A stretch of 64,000 nt of DNA from Adineta vaga (GCA_021613535.1 CP075497.1:744001-808000); one strand, 5' to 3'; counted from the stretch's first letter, positions 51,944 to 64,000 are shown. The notes: generated from the sequence alone by a model not told the origin. Numbers and translations: made by a program.

Positions 51944-52852
51944 ATGAATCGTTTTGGTGATATTGATTATTCATTGACAAGACTTCCGGCTGTTTATGAT
52001 TATCGAAGTGCAAAACTTGTTTCACTTGAAGAATCTCTACAAGCAATTCAATCACAAATTAATGATTTACCGTTTTACGTCGAAACAGCAAAACGACGTT
52101 GTCGTTTTCCATCTGAATATGGTTTAACAAAGGATGAATCTGCTTCAGTTTATATTTATACAGTGGAATGGGATGAAACGAGTTTATATCGAATTTTAAA
52201 CAAAGCATTGAGAAATGAAGATCGAAATGCACTGACAATTTGGTTTCCTTATTTAAGATTATTAGATTCAGCTTTAGAAAAATTACCAAATGTTCGAGGA
52301 ATTGTTTGGCGTGGTGTTTCAAATGATATTGGAAAGAATTTCTCTAAAAATCAGAAAATAACATGGTGGAGTGTGAATTCTTGTTCATCATCGATTAATG
52401 TTATCAAATCTTGTCTTGGAAATGAAACAAATTCAACAATGTTTCTCATTGAAATATCAAATGGAAAGAAAATTTCAGGTTATACTGACCGTGAAGAAGA
52501 AGATGAAGTGATTTTAAAATTTGGAACTGATTTACGTGTTCAAGGTGATGTTTTAGAACATCCAAAAGGTTTATTTCATGTTCATTTAACGGAAATTAAT
52601 GAGGAAGAAGAAGAAAAACAAACGAGTAAGTCAAACTTTTTCATTTCAAAATTCAATGAGAATAAATGCGGAAACTTCGAATTTAATTCGAGAGAGAATT
52701 ATGTGTACTGCAAAAAAGTGTATGAGAGAAAGAGAGAGATGAACCATTGTGAAATGTCTGAAAATCAAAATTATCATAAGAAATCTTTTCGATGTGTACG
52801 ATCTATGATGAACGTTTTTTTGAATGAATTTTTATGTTTGTTTCTAGCGTGA
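51944..52852 (+). CDS. Arginine-type (R-S-E) ADP-ribosyltransferase; 3' end uncertain
   Basis: LTKDESASVYIYT, LNKALR, VWRGV, VNSCS, EEDEVIL. A GTAAGT donor near 52626 suggests the ORF tail is intronic. Confidence 0.82.
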   Translation: MNRFGDIDYSLTRLPAVYDYRSAKLVSLEESLQAIQSQINDLPFYVETAKRRCRFPSEYGLTKDESASVYIYTVEWDETSLYRILNKALRNEDRNALTIWFPYLRLLDSALEKLPNVRGIVWRGVSNDIGKNFSKNQKITWWSVNSCSSSINVIKSCLGNETNSTMFLIEISNGKKISGYTDREEEDEVILKFGTDLRVQGDVLEHPKGLFHVHLTEINEEEEEKQTSKSNFFISKFNENKCGNFEFNSRENYVYCKKVYERKREMNHCEMSENQNYHKKSFRCVRSMMNVFLNEFLCLFLA

Positions 52853-54591
52853 TTGCGGTTGTAAACAACCTCATGAATCTGTGAGAGAGATATGATGATA
52901 AATACAGACATCAATATTTTCAGAATAGTTCACTAATATTAATAAATATGGACATCGGAGTATTTACCATAGGCAACTCGGTTTCTGGATGCCATTTCTG
53001 CCTATTTTTAGATTTTTTTCAGGCAAAATTTCAGTAGAAAACAACGATTTGATTCGAAACTAACATCATATTTAGAATTAGCTTTAAAAACTGAATCGAT
53101 TCATGTATGTTTTCAATAATTTTGAGAAGAAAAAGGTTTTTTGTAACAAATCCCTGTATCCACCCTCGGGTAGATGGTCTACTCAATAATAAAACATTTT
53201 CGATAACTCAACTATTTCTGGACGAATGAATCTCATGTTCGAACTCGAACGAGATATTGATGAGACTATGAAATGTGCAGAAAATTTCATCATGATCTGA
53301 TTCTTGTTCTTCTATCGAAAGTTACCGTGTAAACGGTCGGTCGGACACACTGATCGATTCTAGTAATGTACTCACTTTTTGCGTACACTAAAATATACTT
53401 TATCCCATGCAACCCAATACAACAAGATAGGTACTATTTTCGATTAATTCATTTTCATGTGTGTAATCTTAATGAGAAAATAAATCAATTTTCTCAATCC
53501 ATCCATCCATGTAATTAATGTATAGCCATATGAATAATGTATAGAGATATCTTTTCTTTGGTTTAGAAATAAATTTCTCCATTAAATCCAACGGATCCCG
53601 TAATAGAGAGAATAATATATGTAGTTTATTTATTTATCAATAGATTTTGATTGAAAGTTAATAATATATTGTGAAGACAAATTCAATGAGCAACACTAGA
53701 CTAAAAGAAAAAAAAAGTAATTAGTCGAATTTTTCTATATTTTATTAAGATATTCAATCAATTATAATTGAATTGAATTTTCATGAAGTAGTTGAATTTA
53801 TATTTGTAGTATATGTGAAGATTTCTAATAAAGTGTAATAGCCCTGACTGTAGCCTCCAAAATAAAGGAGGCTAAACACTGAGAACGGAATCTGCCCTAA
53901 TGAAAGAGAACTCACGTAAATAAATGAAATATCCTACCGTAAATGATAATGAATGTAAATGTCTTTATTGATTAAAATCAATAATTGGACAAACAATAGT
54001 AAGTGGTAGAGAAAGAGAGAAACGAGATAAGGAGGAAACTGAAACAACGATCTATATAGAGATCACAAAGACAAAATCAACGACGCAATATAATGACGTG
54101 ATAATATACGGACATGATATTGCGTAACAAAAGGTCATCAAAGATGTCCTAAAGAATCACAGAACAGAAACATAAACAACAGGAAAGAAAGAAAAACAAC
54201 TAGGACAAAGAATAGTCCTTGACAAAGAAAGAAAAGAATATGTATATATATAAATATATACTGATATAGGGAGTGGCAACGAGTCAGATCGGTTGACACT
54301 AACAGTATAGTTCGAGAAATTTAGTTTTTCAGATAAGTTTTCTTATCCATACATCTTAAAAGCAAAAAAAAATCGAGAAAAGAAAACAAACCCGTGAAAT
54401 GAATCTATTTATAATAAATATACATATAGTAGAGTGATTATTATTATTGAAATAGACTTACTATAAGGATATACTCAAAAACAGGAAAACAAAATAATTC
54501 GAAGAATTATCAATAATAAAAAATGAATTCATAAATGACATGTAATATGTTAGATAAAACGTATAATAGTCTCTATGTGAGAAAAGAACGG

Positions 54592-55290
54592 TAGTGTCAA
54601 ATTTGAAACCTGAATTCAATTGAAATATCTACTATTGAAGTTTTTTTCAACTAGCTGATTTTCAGTTTTGAATTATGCGTTCAATGCATCTTTGAATTTT
54701 CAATTTCAGAGTATTGACTGATTCAAGCTAGAAGTTAAGTTTTTTTTCAGAGTTAGATTATTGAACTTCTTCACTATCTGGATGAGCTTTTCAGATCTGA
54801 TTTTTTCTGATTTATTGAAAGCGAACTGTCTAATGTGTGTGTGTTAATAGTACTTAAGTGCAATATTAGTCGGACACCGTAGTATTCAGTTTTTTTGTTT
54901 GAATAAGATAAATAGTGCTTCATAACTCTCAGTCAGTGCGAATTTCTAAATATTTTGATATGAATATTCTTGAGATGCATGTATACCCCCACGAGATGAT
55001 GCTGGTGTATCGATTGGTTTAATTCTGTTTTTCTTTTTTTGGTTGTTGATTTTCTGTTGTTACTACTTGCGCAGGTGAAACACTGGCACCTATTTGAATT
55101 TGTTTTTGTTTGTTTTTGCAGTAATTGGAAGCGATGATGGTGGTAGCACGCCAGAACGGGTACTTTGAGGATGCACCAGCGCGCCTCCTGATCAAGATTC
55201 CGTGACATCTTCGCTCAGTTCTAATAGAGTTGAATCGATAATTGAATACTAGATACCTCAATTGAACTCAACTTTCAAGCTTGACATGTA
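54592..55290. mobile_element. Non-autonomous TIR element (about 700 bp)
   Basis: Imperfect TIR of about 45 bp: TGTCAAATTTGAAACCTGAATTCAATTGAAATATCTACTATT on the left versus TGTCAAGCTTGAAAGTTGAGTTCAATTGAGGTATCTAGTATT (reverse complement) on the right. Confidence 0.75.
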
Positions 55291-55856
55291 TGAATTCTTG
55301 AAGTGCTATTATGTTTAGGAATATGACCACCTAGAAACTCTCTGAGAATTCAGGAAATCCTTGAAACTTCTTAAAACGAAATTATTTGTGATAGTCTTTA
55401 AAGAATCAATAATTATTAGAATTCATGATTTTAGACATTTATATTCTTTAATCACACTATAATCCGTCAGTGTCCGAATATCTTTCGTAATCATTTCCGC
55501 TAGATTATTATGCAGCACATGAACATAAATCAAGGATCTATGGATGTATTGTACCACCATATGTCTGAATGCATCAGAATTTGCAATGGTTTTGAAAATC
55601 TCACAAAAATTAGACTGTTTCATTAGAAGCAGATTAAAATAAATTATGAAAATGCGAGAAAGAAACTGTAATCTATGTATATTGTCTTTTAAGAAGACGA
55701 GAAAATATAGACGAAGTGCCTGACGACGACATATGATTATTTTTTGCAGACACCATTCTTAATTTTATCAAGCTTTAGCATGTAGTTTTTTATGTTGTCA
55801 ATTAAAGCACTTCTTTACTTGGTCGTTGTCTATAATTAATGTACAGTGACGCTCAA

Positions 55857-55906
55857 TTGGATGTGAGTGTTATTTTAATATGCTCACACACCCATAACCT
55901 ACCCTC
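55857..55906. repeat. Degenerate hairpin element
   Basis: TTGGATGTGAGTGT ... GCTCACACACCCATAACCTACCCTC. Confidence 0.6.
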
Positions 55907-56189
55907 TTTAGGACAGAACACATATACATATTTTTTTCTTCTTTCTATTCTTCTCCATATTTATAATATAATATATCGAAGGTTATACGCATCAACATAT
56001 CATTCTATATTGAGATACGGAAAAAAACATAGCTGGTGGAGCTAAATTATTGAATGTGGTCATATTCTTGATAAATCTGATAAAAATATCGATCTAAATA
56101 AGAAAAAATATAAAAGAAAAGTTATCAATAGTTTGTTTACAATTATTTCTATTCATTTTATTGTTTTCTGTTAGGTGTTCATTATGTCG

Positions 56190-57045
56190 TGGTTTCAGCA
56201 ATTGAAATTGAATGAGAACCAATACCAGTTGATAACATAATTTGATTTTCAAAGGTACCATTTGAATTTCGAAAAAGAATAACAATGTTATGAGTACCAT
56301 AATTAGTCACAGCAATATCTAAATAATTAACGATATTGGCTGAGAATCATAACCCGTCGAATATGTTATTGCACTTGAAAAATTTGCATTTCCGTATTCA
56401 TAGAAGATACTTATACTATTGGTTCCATAATTGACGGTAATAAGATCAAGTAATGTATCGTTATTAATATCTGTAATAGTCATCCAAATAAGACGAAATA
56501 TATCAATGGATATTTCTATTTGACTTGCAAATGATTCATCTTCAAGTCCAAAAAAGAGTCCAATATTATAAGTACGAAAATTTGCTACTATACTATCTAA
56601 TCGATGATCCTTATTTAAATCATCAATAACGGCTATACAAGGAGCAGAACCTGTACCGATTAAATATTCTCTATGATGTTGAAAAGTAATATTAGTATTT
56701 CCAAGAAATATAGTTATACTATCGACAGCATTATTCACAACTACCATATCCAACTAAGTGTCATTATTAAAATTACCTGTAGCGATAGATCGTGGGCCAT
56801 ATTTATATTCAATTGGATTTGATTGAATTCTTTCGAATTTAACTCGACATTTTGGAACTAAACAAAACACTCAAATATCATTGTCTTTGTCTAAGAAGAT
56901 ATTCCGCGAAGAAATACTATATGTCTATCAAATCAAGAATATTAACAAACCTTATGGTCTTGGTGCTGTATAATAGACTGTTAAGTATACCAATAAGTAT
57001 TGTTATACTTAAGAAAAGAATGGATACACAAACAGAATGAATTAA
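56190..57045 (-). pseudogene. TM + FG-GAP repeat pseudogene
   Basis: Hydrophobic exon near 57040-56953, then PRSIATGNFNNDT*LDMVV, DLNKDHRLD, DINNDTLLD. Stop near 56755 and frameshift near 56320. Confidence 0.7.
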
Positions 57046-57640
57046 TAGATTCAGTATTGAATAAGGACTAGGAAACTATATACATATGTACAAAGTAGTA
57101 TTCAGAAATTCAGAAGCATATGTTTCAATCTCTATTATGTCGCAAAAGCATATTCATCAGACTATAAATCACCTATGTAATAATTCTGAAAGAACATAAA
57201 ATAAATTCTTATCTATTTCTTAGAGCGTTTCAAAATCTCTAACTTTCTTGATTATATTCTGAAGCAAATCACATAATAATAAAATTTGAAATAAAACTTT
57301 CTTTTTACTGAGAAATAAATTTGTATTGAATAAAGATTGATTTTAACGAAATCAATGAGTGTAAATGTTTAGATGAAAGTAAACAAAACTAAATAAAAAT
57401 CATATGATTTGCACCATGTTTTATATTAGGTTTAGTATAATGTTTATCGATGCATATAATCTATCAAGTGAGAGAATGAATCATACAGTAAAATATATCT
57501 CTTCTGATATATATATATATATATGAAGTAGACATTATTTTTAATTAAGTATATATAATAACCATAATAAGACATGACATTTAATTAATGTGCAAGAAGA
57601 AGGTAGAAAATATATGAAGATAGAATCAGCCGATAGTTAA

Positions 57641-57664
57641 CTCTCTCTCTCTCTCTCTCTCTCT
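57641..57664. repeat. (CT)n microsatellite
   Basis: About 12 CT units. Confidence 0.9.
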
Positions 57665-58162
57665 TTTTATATACGTAATACATTTTGCCTCTCGAGAATG
57701 TATCAGATCATAAACAAAAACCATTGACCAATAAATTACAATCTCATTCACCATACTTTTATCAATCTATTGGTTATTCAGAAGCATCATCTTGATGATG
57801 GGTTTAGGAAAAGGCCTTCTATTATCACACACTCATTTCATTGAGCATAAAGACAATAAGCAGCATTTCGTGATAAAGAGTTATTGTATAGTTTTTCTTC
57901 GATATATAAAATGAAACAGAGTCCAATGTCAAAGCTTTATAAAAGTAATAGAAAAATAGGAAAAAAGAATTATAAAACTAAGTTTTAGAGGCTTTATATT
58001 CTTTGAAAATTATTCTCGTTTGAATATATGTGCCCTAGCCTTTTATGAGTAATATTTCACAGAGAATAACGTAAAATAAAATGAATTCGACAAGAAAATA
58101 GTCAAATATAAATGTATACATGACGATTAGAGACAATATGAATGTAAATTATTTTTGTTTGA

Positions 58163-59097
58163 TCATGGATATGTAACAGAGACAACATACGTATCCAAAT
58201 GTGGAGCACAAGTATATAGAAATGGCACAATGCGTGTAGTAAATATCTTTATAAATGTATTAATAACTCCAAATCTCTTCCGCATTCCAATGACAGTAAT
58301 GATAGGATTTTCAATCGTGGCGTTTAAATTGTGTTGCTGAAAGCAAATATGATAAGTACCATGTGGAGGTTCACTGTTTTCAGTCCAAAACACGATTTCA
58401 GGTCCAGTACCAGTCTTATCATCATAATTGATTGATCCATAATCGGTAGCGAAAGTTGCATTATTATTAGCAAGGTGAATATCTTTGTCATTTGGTGTTG
58501 TGACAATAAGATCTCCATCACCAGCTGTTGACCATGTAGCAGAAATAACAAAGTTTTCAGTACTAGCACAAAAACCGTTTACACACATTTGACTATTGAT
58601 ACACGCAGGGTTACAGGCAGTCCCTGAAACTAATAAAAACAAGAGTTTTTTTTATTAATATTAAATTTGAAGTATTGAATTTTGCCTTGAAACTTACTGC
58701 TTTTATTGATAATCGAAGTTCTCGAAGTGAGTGGTGGACATAAATGACTAGAGGTACGTTCAATTGGAAAACAAACTGGAACGTTGCAACGAGTATTATT
58801 AACACAAACGGTATTTGGTGTTGAGCATCTTAAATTGTCATTTTGACATAAATGTAAGTTTCTACAAGAGATGATTGTATCAGCACAAATACTACTTCCA
58901 CTCATTGTCATTGTTAAACATTCACAATCAATATTTGTCGAACATCGTAATGTTTGATTTCGACATTGTGATGATGATGAACAACATTCACAATTCGAAG
59001 ATAAGAATTTATTTGTATTTGTATCTAAATAACTGATATAAATGATGTAAAATATTGTAATAGAAATTACTTTCGAATGTGAAAATACAATTGCCAT
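58163..59097 (-). CDS. Secreted Cys-rich protein with a C-terminal YfaP/DUF2135-like domain
   Basis: Exon 1 has a leader and a Cys-rich block. After an intron at about 58697-58625, exon 2 reads TWSTAGDGDLIVTTP..DDKTGTGPEIVFW..PPHGTYHIC. Confidence 0.72.
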
Positions 59098-59324
59098 CCA
59101 TATAAATATTTTTTGGAATAGTACAACGATAGTTGCCTAAATAAGATATGGAAATTGGACGGATATGAAGAATATTTCCACGTGGATAAAACGGTTGTTG
59201 ATCTTGAATAATCTTGAAGAAAATAAAACAGAAGATATCATATCTTTAGTAATAAATATAAAATGGATTATGTGTTCAAATAACGAAATATTTCATTTGA
59301 GAAAAAAAACATACTTGACTATTA

Positions 59325-60131
59325 TTAAAATACCATTGAATATGTTCATAATCTTCTTGTGCTGCACCTTGACATTGAATTTCGACAAAATCACCATCGA
59401 TCATATGTGTCGTAACAATATGTAAATATGTATGACTATGATTTGCTATAGAACAACTTTTAAATTAGAATTGAAAACTATTTTTCTTTAACTTACACGT
59501 CAATTCAAGATTATCTGTATGAGAATCATCAGTTTGTGAAATATAATCACTTTCTTCATACAATAGAACAATAGCTGATTCATATAAATACATATAATCT
59601 TCTGCTACACATATATATTCTCCAATTTTACTTGGATCATCTAATGTTATACGTGATATTAATGTGATTTGTGATATTGTTATTAATTTAATAGTATCAT
59701 CTATTGAAGCGTTGCGCTAAAAATATTTGTTTTCTTTTAAATGAATAAGAAGAAGATGTGTATTTGAAATATTTTACATATTTAGGTGTTTTTTGAATCC
59801 AATAAACAGATGTTTCTGAATTAGCTCCATAGGCTGTACAAGTTAAATCTACCGTTTGACCATGTCGAACACGAAGAACCATTGGATCAACTTCAATTCG
59901 AATTTCCACTCGATCATCTAACATTGATTGTGTTGATGCAAATATATCAGTATCATTGTTCATAATAGAAATAGTTGATGTTTCAAGATTATCAAAAACA
60001 ATTGTTTCACTTTTGGTCGATGTTTGTTCTGTAGTTTCCATGTGAAAATTATCAACTAAAATTTGGATTAGAATGATTTCTGTGCGTTGACAAAAGTGAG
60101 ATTTTCTTCTTGTTGAGTCACAGTTATTCAT
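59325..60131 (-). pseudogene. Fragment of a multi-Ig-domain protein
   Basis: VRHGQTVDLTCTAY..VYW; next exon GEYICVAED; next exon DGDFVEIQCQG..IQWYFNN. Continuity is broken and the boundaries are approximate. Confidence 0.55.
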
Positions 60132-60894
60132 GATGATTTTAAGACATTACATTTCGAATCAGATCGATTTTCGTGAAGGTCACAAATGAGTTTATGAATT
60201 ATATTAACTTACTTTTATAGTATTCTGGTTGAAATCTTATCCTTTTTTCGACATTCTAATATGAAAAATGTATTATTCTTCTGAAGAATAGAAATATATA
60301 GTTTACTTTCGATATTGATATATTTACAATGGAACAGTAACATAGAAATAAATTTAAAAGGATTTTAGTATTCATTTCTAAAAATAGTTTGTCTGATAGA
60401 AGTTTAATACGAAGAAAAACTGGATATTTTCTTTTCTATTATATGAATATACATTTGTCAATCATTAGTCTATAACTAAGATAAAGAACATATGAAGAAT
60501 TGTTTTCACTGTCGGATTATCTATCTGATAGAATTACTATAATATCTTTTTTACTAGCGATAACTGGCTTATTTTTTATCTTCTATCATCACGTCAATAA
60601 CAAAAAAAAGACAAATATGAATTGTTTTTCGACACAATCTGTCTATGAAAAAAAATACTAAACGTTAACATTGATAATATCAATATTTTACAGATATCTA
60701 ATTCAATTTCTCTTCCTTTTGAGAATGTAAATATAAGTAAGAGAATATCTCAATGGTAAATGCAAAAAGAAGTATTTTGATTCTCTTCATCTATGATCAA
60801 TCTTACGCAATTACTATATACAAGATGAGTCATTCACACATCATTTTCTTTCAAGTAACTTATTAATGATGATGAAATCAGAAAAAAAGTATTT

Positions 60895-60965
60895 CGTCAC
60901 TGCAGGGAATCGAACCCTGGTCTTCGGTCCGACAAACCGTGATACTACCATTGTACTACAGTGAC
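60895..60965 (-). tRNA. tRNA-Asp(GTC), divergent
   Basis: GTCACTG TA GTAC AATGGTA GTAT C ACGGT TTGTCGG ACCGA AGAC CAGGG TTCGATT CCCTG CAGTGAC G. A and B boxes are intact and a T7 run starts 6 nt downstream. Confidence 0.85.
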
Positions 60966-61320
60966 TTATGTATTTCTAAGTTCAATACTTATCAACCTTT
61001 GTCTCACATCGTACCATTCTATTATTGTTATTTTTTGTCGGTATGCATATGTGTGTTGTTTTGATCCTTTCACGGCGACGGGTTATATGTAATTTGCTAT
61101 CTTTGTTATTTTGAAAAGCATTTATTTCATAGTGTGAGGCTTCTCGTTGAACTGTATCTAGATCGACCATTCGATGGAGTGTGGGTGAGTCTCTTGTATT
61201 CGCAAGGCTTTTTTTGTTCCTCGTCGTTTTTCTTTATCTTGGTGATAAAAAAAACAAGGAGAGCAAGTGCTCTCAATCTTTAAATACGTAACTACATTTC
61301 ACTATCGAAACATTATTAGG

Positions 61321-62479
61321 ATGCCTCGTGCTATGCTAGATGAGTTATTGTAAACAAATTTTGATCAGTATCAAGTATTGTGGAATGAACATAAATTTCA
61401 TTCACATACTGTTCATCATCTTGGTGCATTATCATTACTCGGTGCCAATGATGAACAATTAAGAAATATTTATGAAAGCAGTATGCGTCCATATGATGAT
61501 AAGTACGAACCCTCACCACATGAAATTACAAAGGATAATTGGCGTAATTCAATTGATGATAAACGATTCTGTACTGCCTATCGAAATTTCTTTAATGCTG
61601 AACTACCAATAGAAGGCTATTGGAAAGAGAAATTTTTCGAATATATTCTCGATGATACTAATGGATCAGCACTGATCTTTTCATCTCTTGATAGTTTGAT
61701 TCATCCAATTATTCATATTGGTTATGCAATTTTATTAAATAGTCGAATAGTAGCATGTGTTCATTCTTATTATGAAACACCTACCAATTTGAAACCGCCA
61801 ACGAATGGAAAAAAGTCCTCACTTCAAATTATAAAGGATATTCGACGTGACGACCATGTACCGAACTTAGATGAGCCATTTCAGATTTGTTTGGTATTGA
61901 AAGACGATGAATCTGTCCTTCTTGAGCACTATAATGAATGGCAAATGCCAGAAGATTGTGACAAGACGATCGAAGAATTGTTCGACATGGCTGTCTACAT
62001 CTATGGTGCTACACATAAACCTGATCAAATCGATTTTGATTTTGTTCTTTTGCATCTTCTTACAGGAATGAATGCTATTCGAAATCTTCGATCCCATTTG
62101 GATAGGAACATAATGAAAAGACTTCTATGCTCTTTTTTCTATCTATCGATTGCTGTTTATATAGCTCAACGACGACCAAAAATCAACGAACATCTCCTTC
62201 ATGATTATAAGATGAAAGAGAACAAGTGCAATTGGGAATATGTCATTGATCATACATTACACTACAAAATTGGCTACAGAACCTCACGTTGTCAAGGTTA
62301 TTTATAGTTTAAAAGATGCTGAAAAAGATTATGAATCAAAAAATGAACTCTATTTGAAAGCTGCTGTGAAATCAGTAGATCATTTACGTACAGACACACC
62401 ATATAATTATTACAAGTCACATGAGCCTTGGATAGGAATGTCGGATGCAAATCGAGAACTCAATGTCAATAAACATTAA
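61321..62479 (+). pseudogene. Questin oxidase / DUF4243 family oxidoreductase pseudogene
   Basis: HSHTVHHLGAL..LGA, LIHPIIHIGYA, DFVLLHLLT, EPHVVK. TAA at 61351 and a frameshift near 62260. Intronless. Confidence 0.78.
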
Positions 62480-62749
62480 CTCTTTCATATTGTACTATTT
62501 CGAAAATAGATCATTGGGAAAAGATGCAAATCCTAATGTGTGTCGCTTAATTTTTCTTTTTATAATTATATTATTTTGTTGATAGATTAACTATAGCACA
62601 AGAATACAATGTCTTTTGTAGTAGTATGATTATTTATCTTGTCTTATATATGGATACGTGAAAATATGCAAAATGTTAATCAGATATTTTTAACAACACA
62701 TATCAACTACTTCGAATATTAACGTTATGATTTTGATCAAGTTTTATTT

Positions 62750-64000
62750 CTATATGTCAAGGCAAGAATAGAATAAGGCGATAATACCACAACAACATAT
62801 TATAAGACCAATCAGTGAATATTGCGCGATCAATAACCAAAATGTGAACTTATATAGATTTTCATGACAATAGTTTGTTTCATTGTGTTGATTGTATTGA
62901 ACTTTCGTTCTCGTAGGAAATATCCATATACTTCCCTATTAAAATCAAACTAACAATTATAATGATAACATATTTAGTGTATATTACCATTATTAACCAT
63001 CCGAGAAAGAAGAAGAATAATAAACATAAAATAGAACTACTGATATAACGTCCAATTTTAATATTATCAGAGTACTTTTTGAATGTTATAAGCATCTAGA
63101 AAAAAATCGTATGTTTTTGAAATATCGATAGATCAAAGTCTTACTATAATGAATATCAAACTAAAAGTGGCTAGACCTACAGCTCCAAAAATAGTCATCC
63201 ATCGTGGAATCCATGATTGAATCGGACAATCATTTTTGTATATCTGACCAAAGATTAGAGTAGACATTGGGAGAATAATTGCTATGATTGATGTAATTAA
63301 TAATGCTATTCGCTTTTTTGACATTGGTTCTCGATAAATCTCCTCTGTAGTGAATGAAGGCATGAATTCTGAATTCGATATAGTATCAAATGATATTGGC
63401 TCATGAAATACATCTATTGAACAAAGTGTTAAAGAATTTATGATAATATGAATTTCACATACTCTGAGTATTCCATTGATGTTGATATTGAATTGAATTT
63501 GAATCATAATATTCCGCATCACATCGTTTTATTTCAAGTAATACTCCATAAATCATAACAGATGATCGATTTTTTGTTTTCCATTCTAATGCATCATTCG
63601 AGATATAAGGACATATTTGTATACCGTTTTCACGTGCTCTAACAGTTTCAGGTTGAACAATAATAGAATCAGGTTTTTGTTTACATTGTAATGCTACTTT
63701 TATAGTATATAATTGAAAATTATAAGGTGATTGAAATTCGTGTGTAGAAGCATAACAATCAAGTCCAGCATAACTAATTGATGGTGTTGTAAAAGTATAA
63801 TGTTCTCTTGGAATATGACCTTCTCGTATTTCTAACTTTTTCCCATGCATTGTAGTATCATTTGGTAAAAGTAAATTTCGATGTTCAACACATGATATAG
63901 CATTTTCAATAGTTGTTCCATGATAACAATTCAGCCATGTATCCCATACATTATGATGAATAAAGAATGCTTCGTCAACTGATACACCAAAACGAGTCCA
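62750..64000 (-). CDS. NEURL4-C-terminal-like ART (H-Y-E) domain spliced to a TMEM272-like membrane domain; 5' end outside the window
   Basis: CYHGT..FTTPSISYA..LEWKT. A phase-1 intron at about 63461-63413 joins in frame to FGQIYKNDCPIQSWIPRW. Two further introns lead to GSIWIF..NYCHENLYKFTFW..TAG 62750. Confidence 0.75.

Noticed and set aside
52930-53400. Repeat-like non-coding blocks (also 42360-42770, 49480-49800, 34985-35600)
   Set aside because: They look like transposon remnants, but I could not establish termini or a second copy in this window.
53834-54304. Possible solo LTR (TG...CA, TATA-like and AATAAA motifs on the minus strand)
   Set aside because: No TSD, no second copy and no PBS/PPT or internal ORF.
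8967-55906. Hairpins as a CRISPR array or rho-independent terminators
   Set aside because: The DNA is eukaryotic, spacing is kilobase-scale and irregular, there are no cas genes or U-tails, and elements occur at both 5' and 3' sides of genes.
16718-61353. Stop-codon reassignment or programmed readthrough as an explanation for the in-frame stops
   Set aside because: TAA, TAG and TGA all occur as lesions, apparently replacing different residues (Ser, Trp, probably Gln and Arg). All three also end intact genes, and frameshifts co-occur.

Overview
AT-rich eukaryotic DNA with short GT-AG introns. The gene content (many orphan rhodopsin-like GPCRs, ART-TPR proteins, FG-GAP membrane proteins, and many bacterial/fungal/plant-like genes) points to a bdelloid rotifer; this is an inference from gene families. 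The window is a fast-turnover accessory or defence region of about 25 genes and pseudogenes. It holds six ADP-ribosyltransferase-fold loci, seven GPCR loci, a GH19 chitinase, a GH5 glycosidase, a fasciclin, an SDR, a CD225/dispanin, a questin-oxidase-like pseudogene, a secreted Ntox21-like toxin, a second toxin-like ORF, an atypical tRNA-Asp and several MITEs. The main unexplained structure is a family of about 20 short imperfect palindromes, consensus TTGAG(G/A)GTGTGGGTGTGGGT-N10..40-ACCCACACCCACACCCTCAA. Their arms match the bdelloid telomeric hexamers TGAGGG/TGTGGG. They lie between most neighbouring genes, fall into loop subfamilies, show no target-site duplication where checked, and sit exactly at the truncation points of two GPCR fragments. 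The region therefore reads as an array of gene-sized cassettes. All homology calls come from motif recognition by eye; no searches were run.
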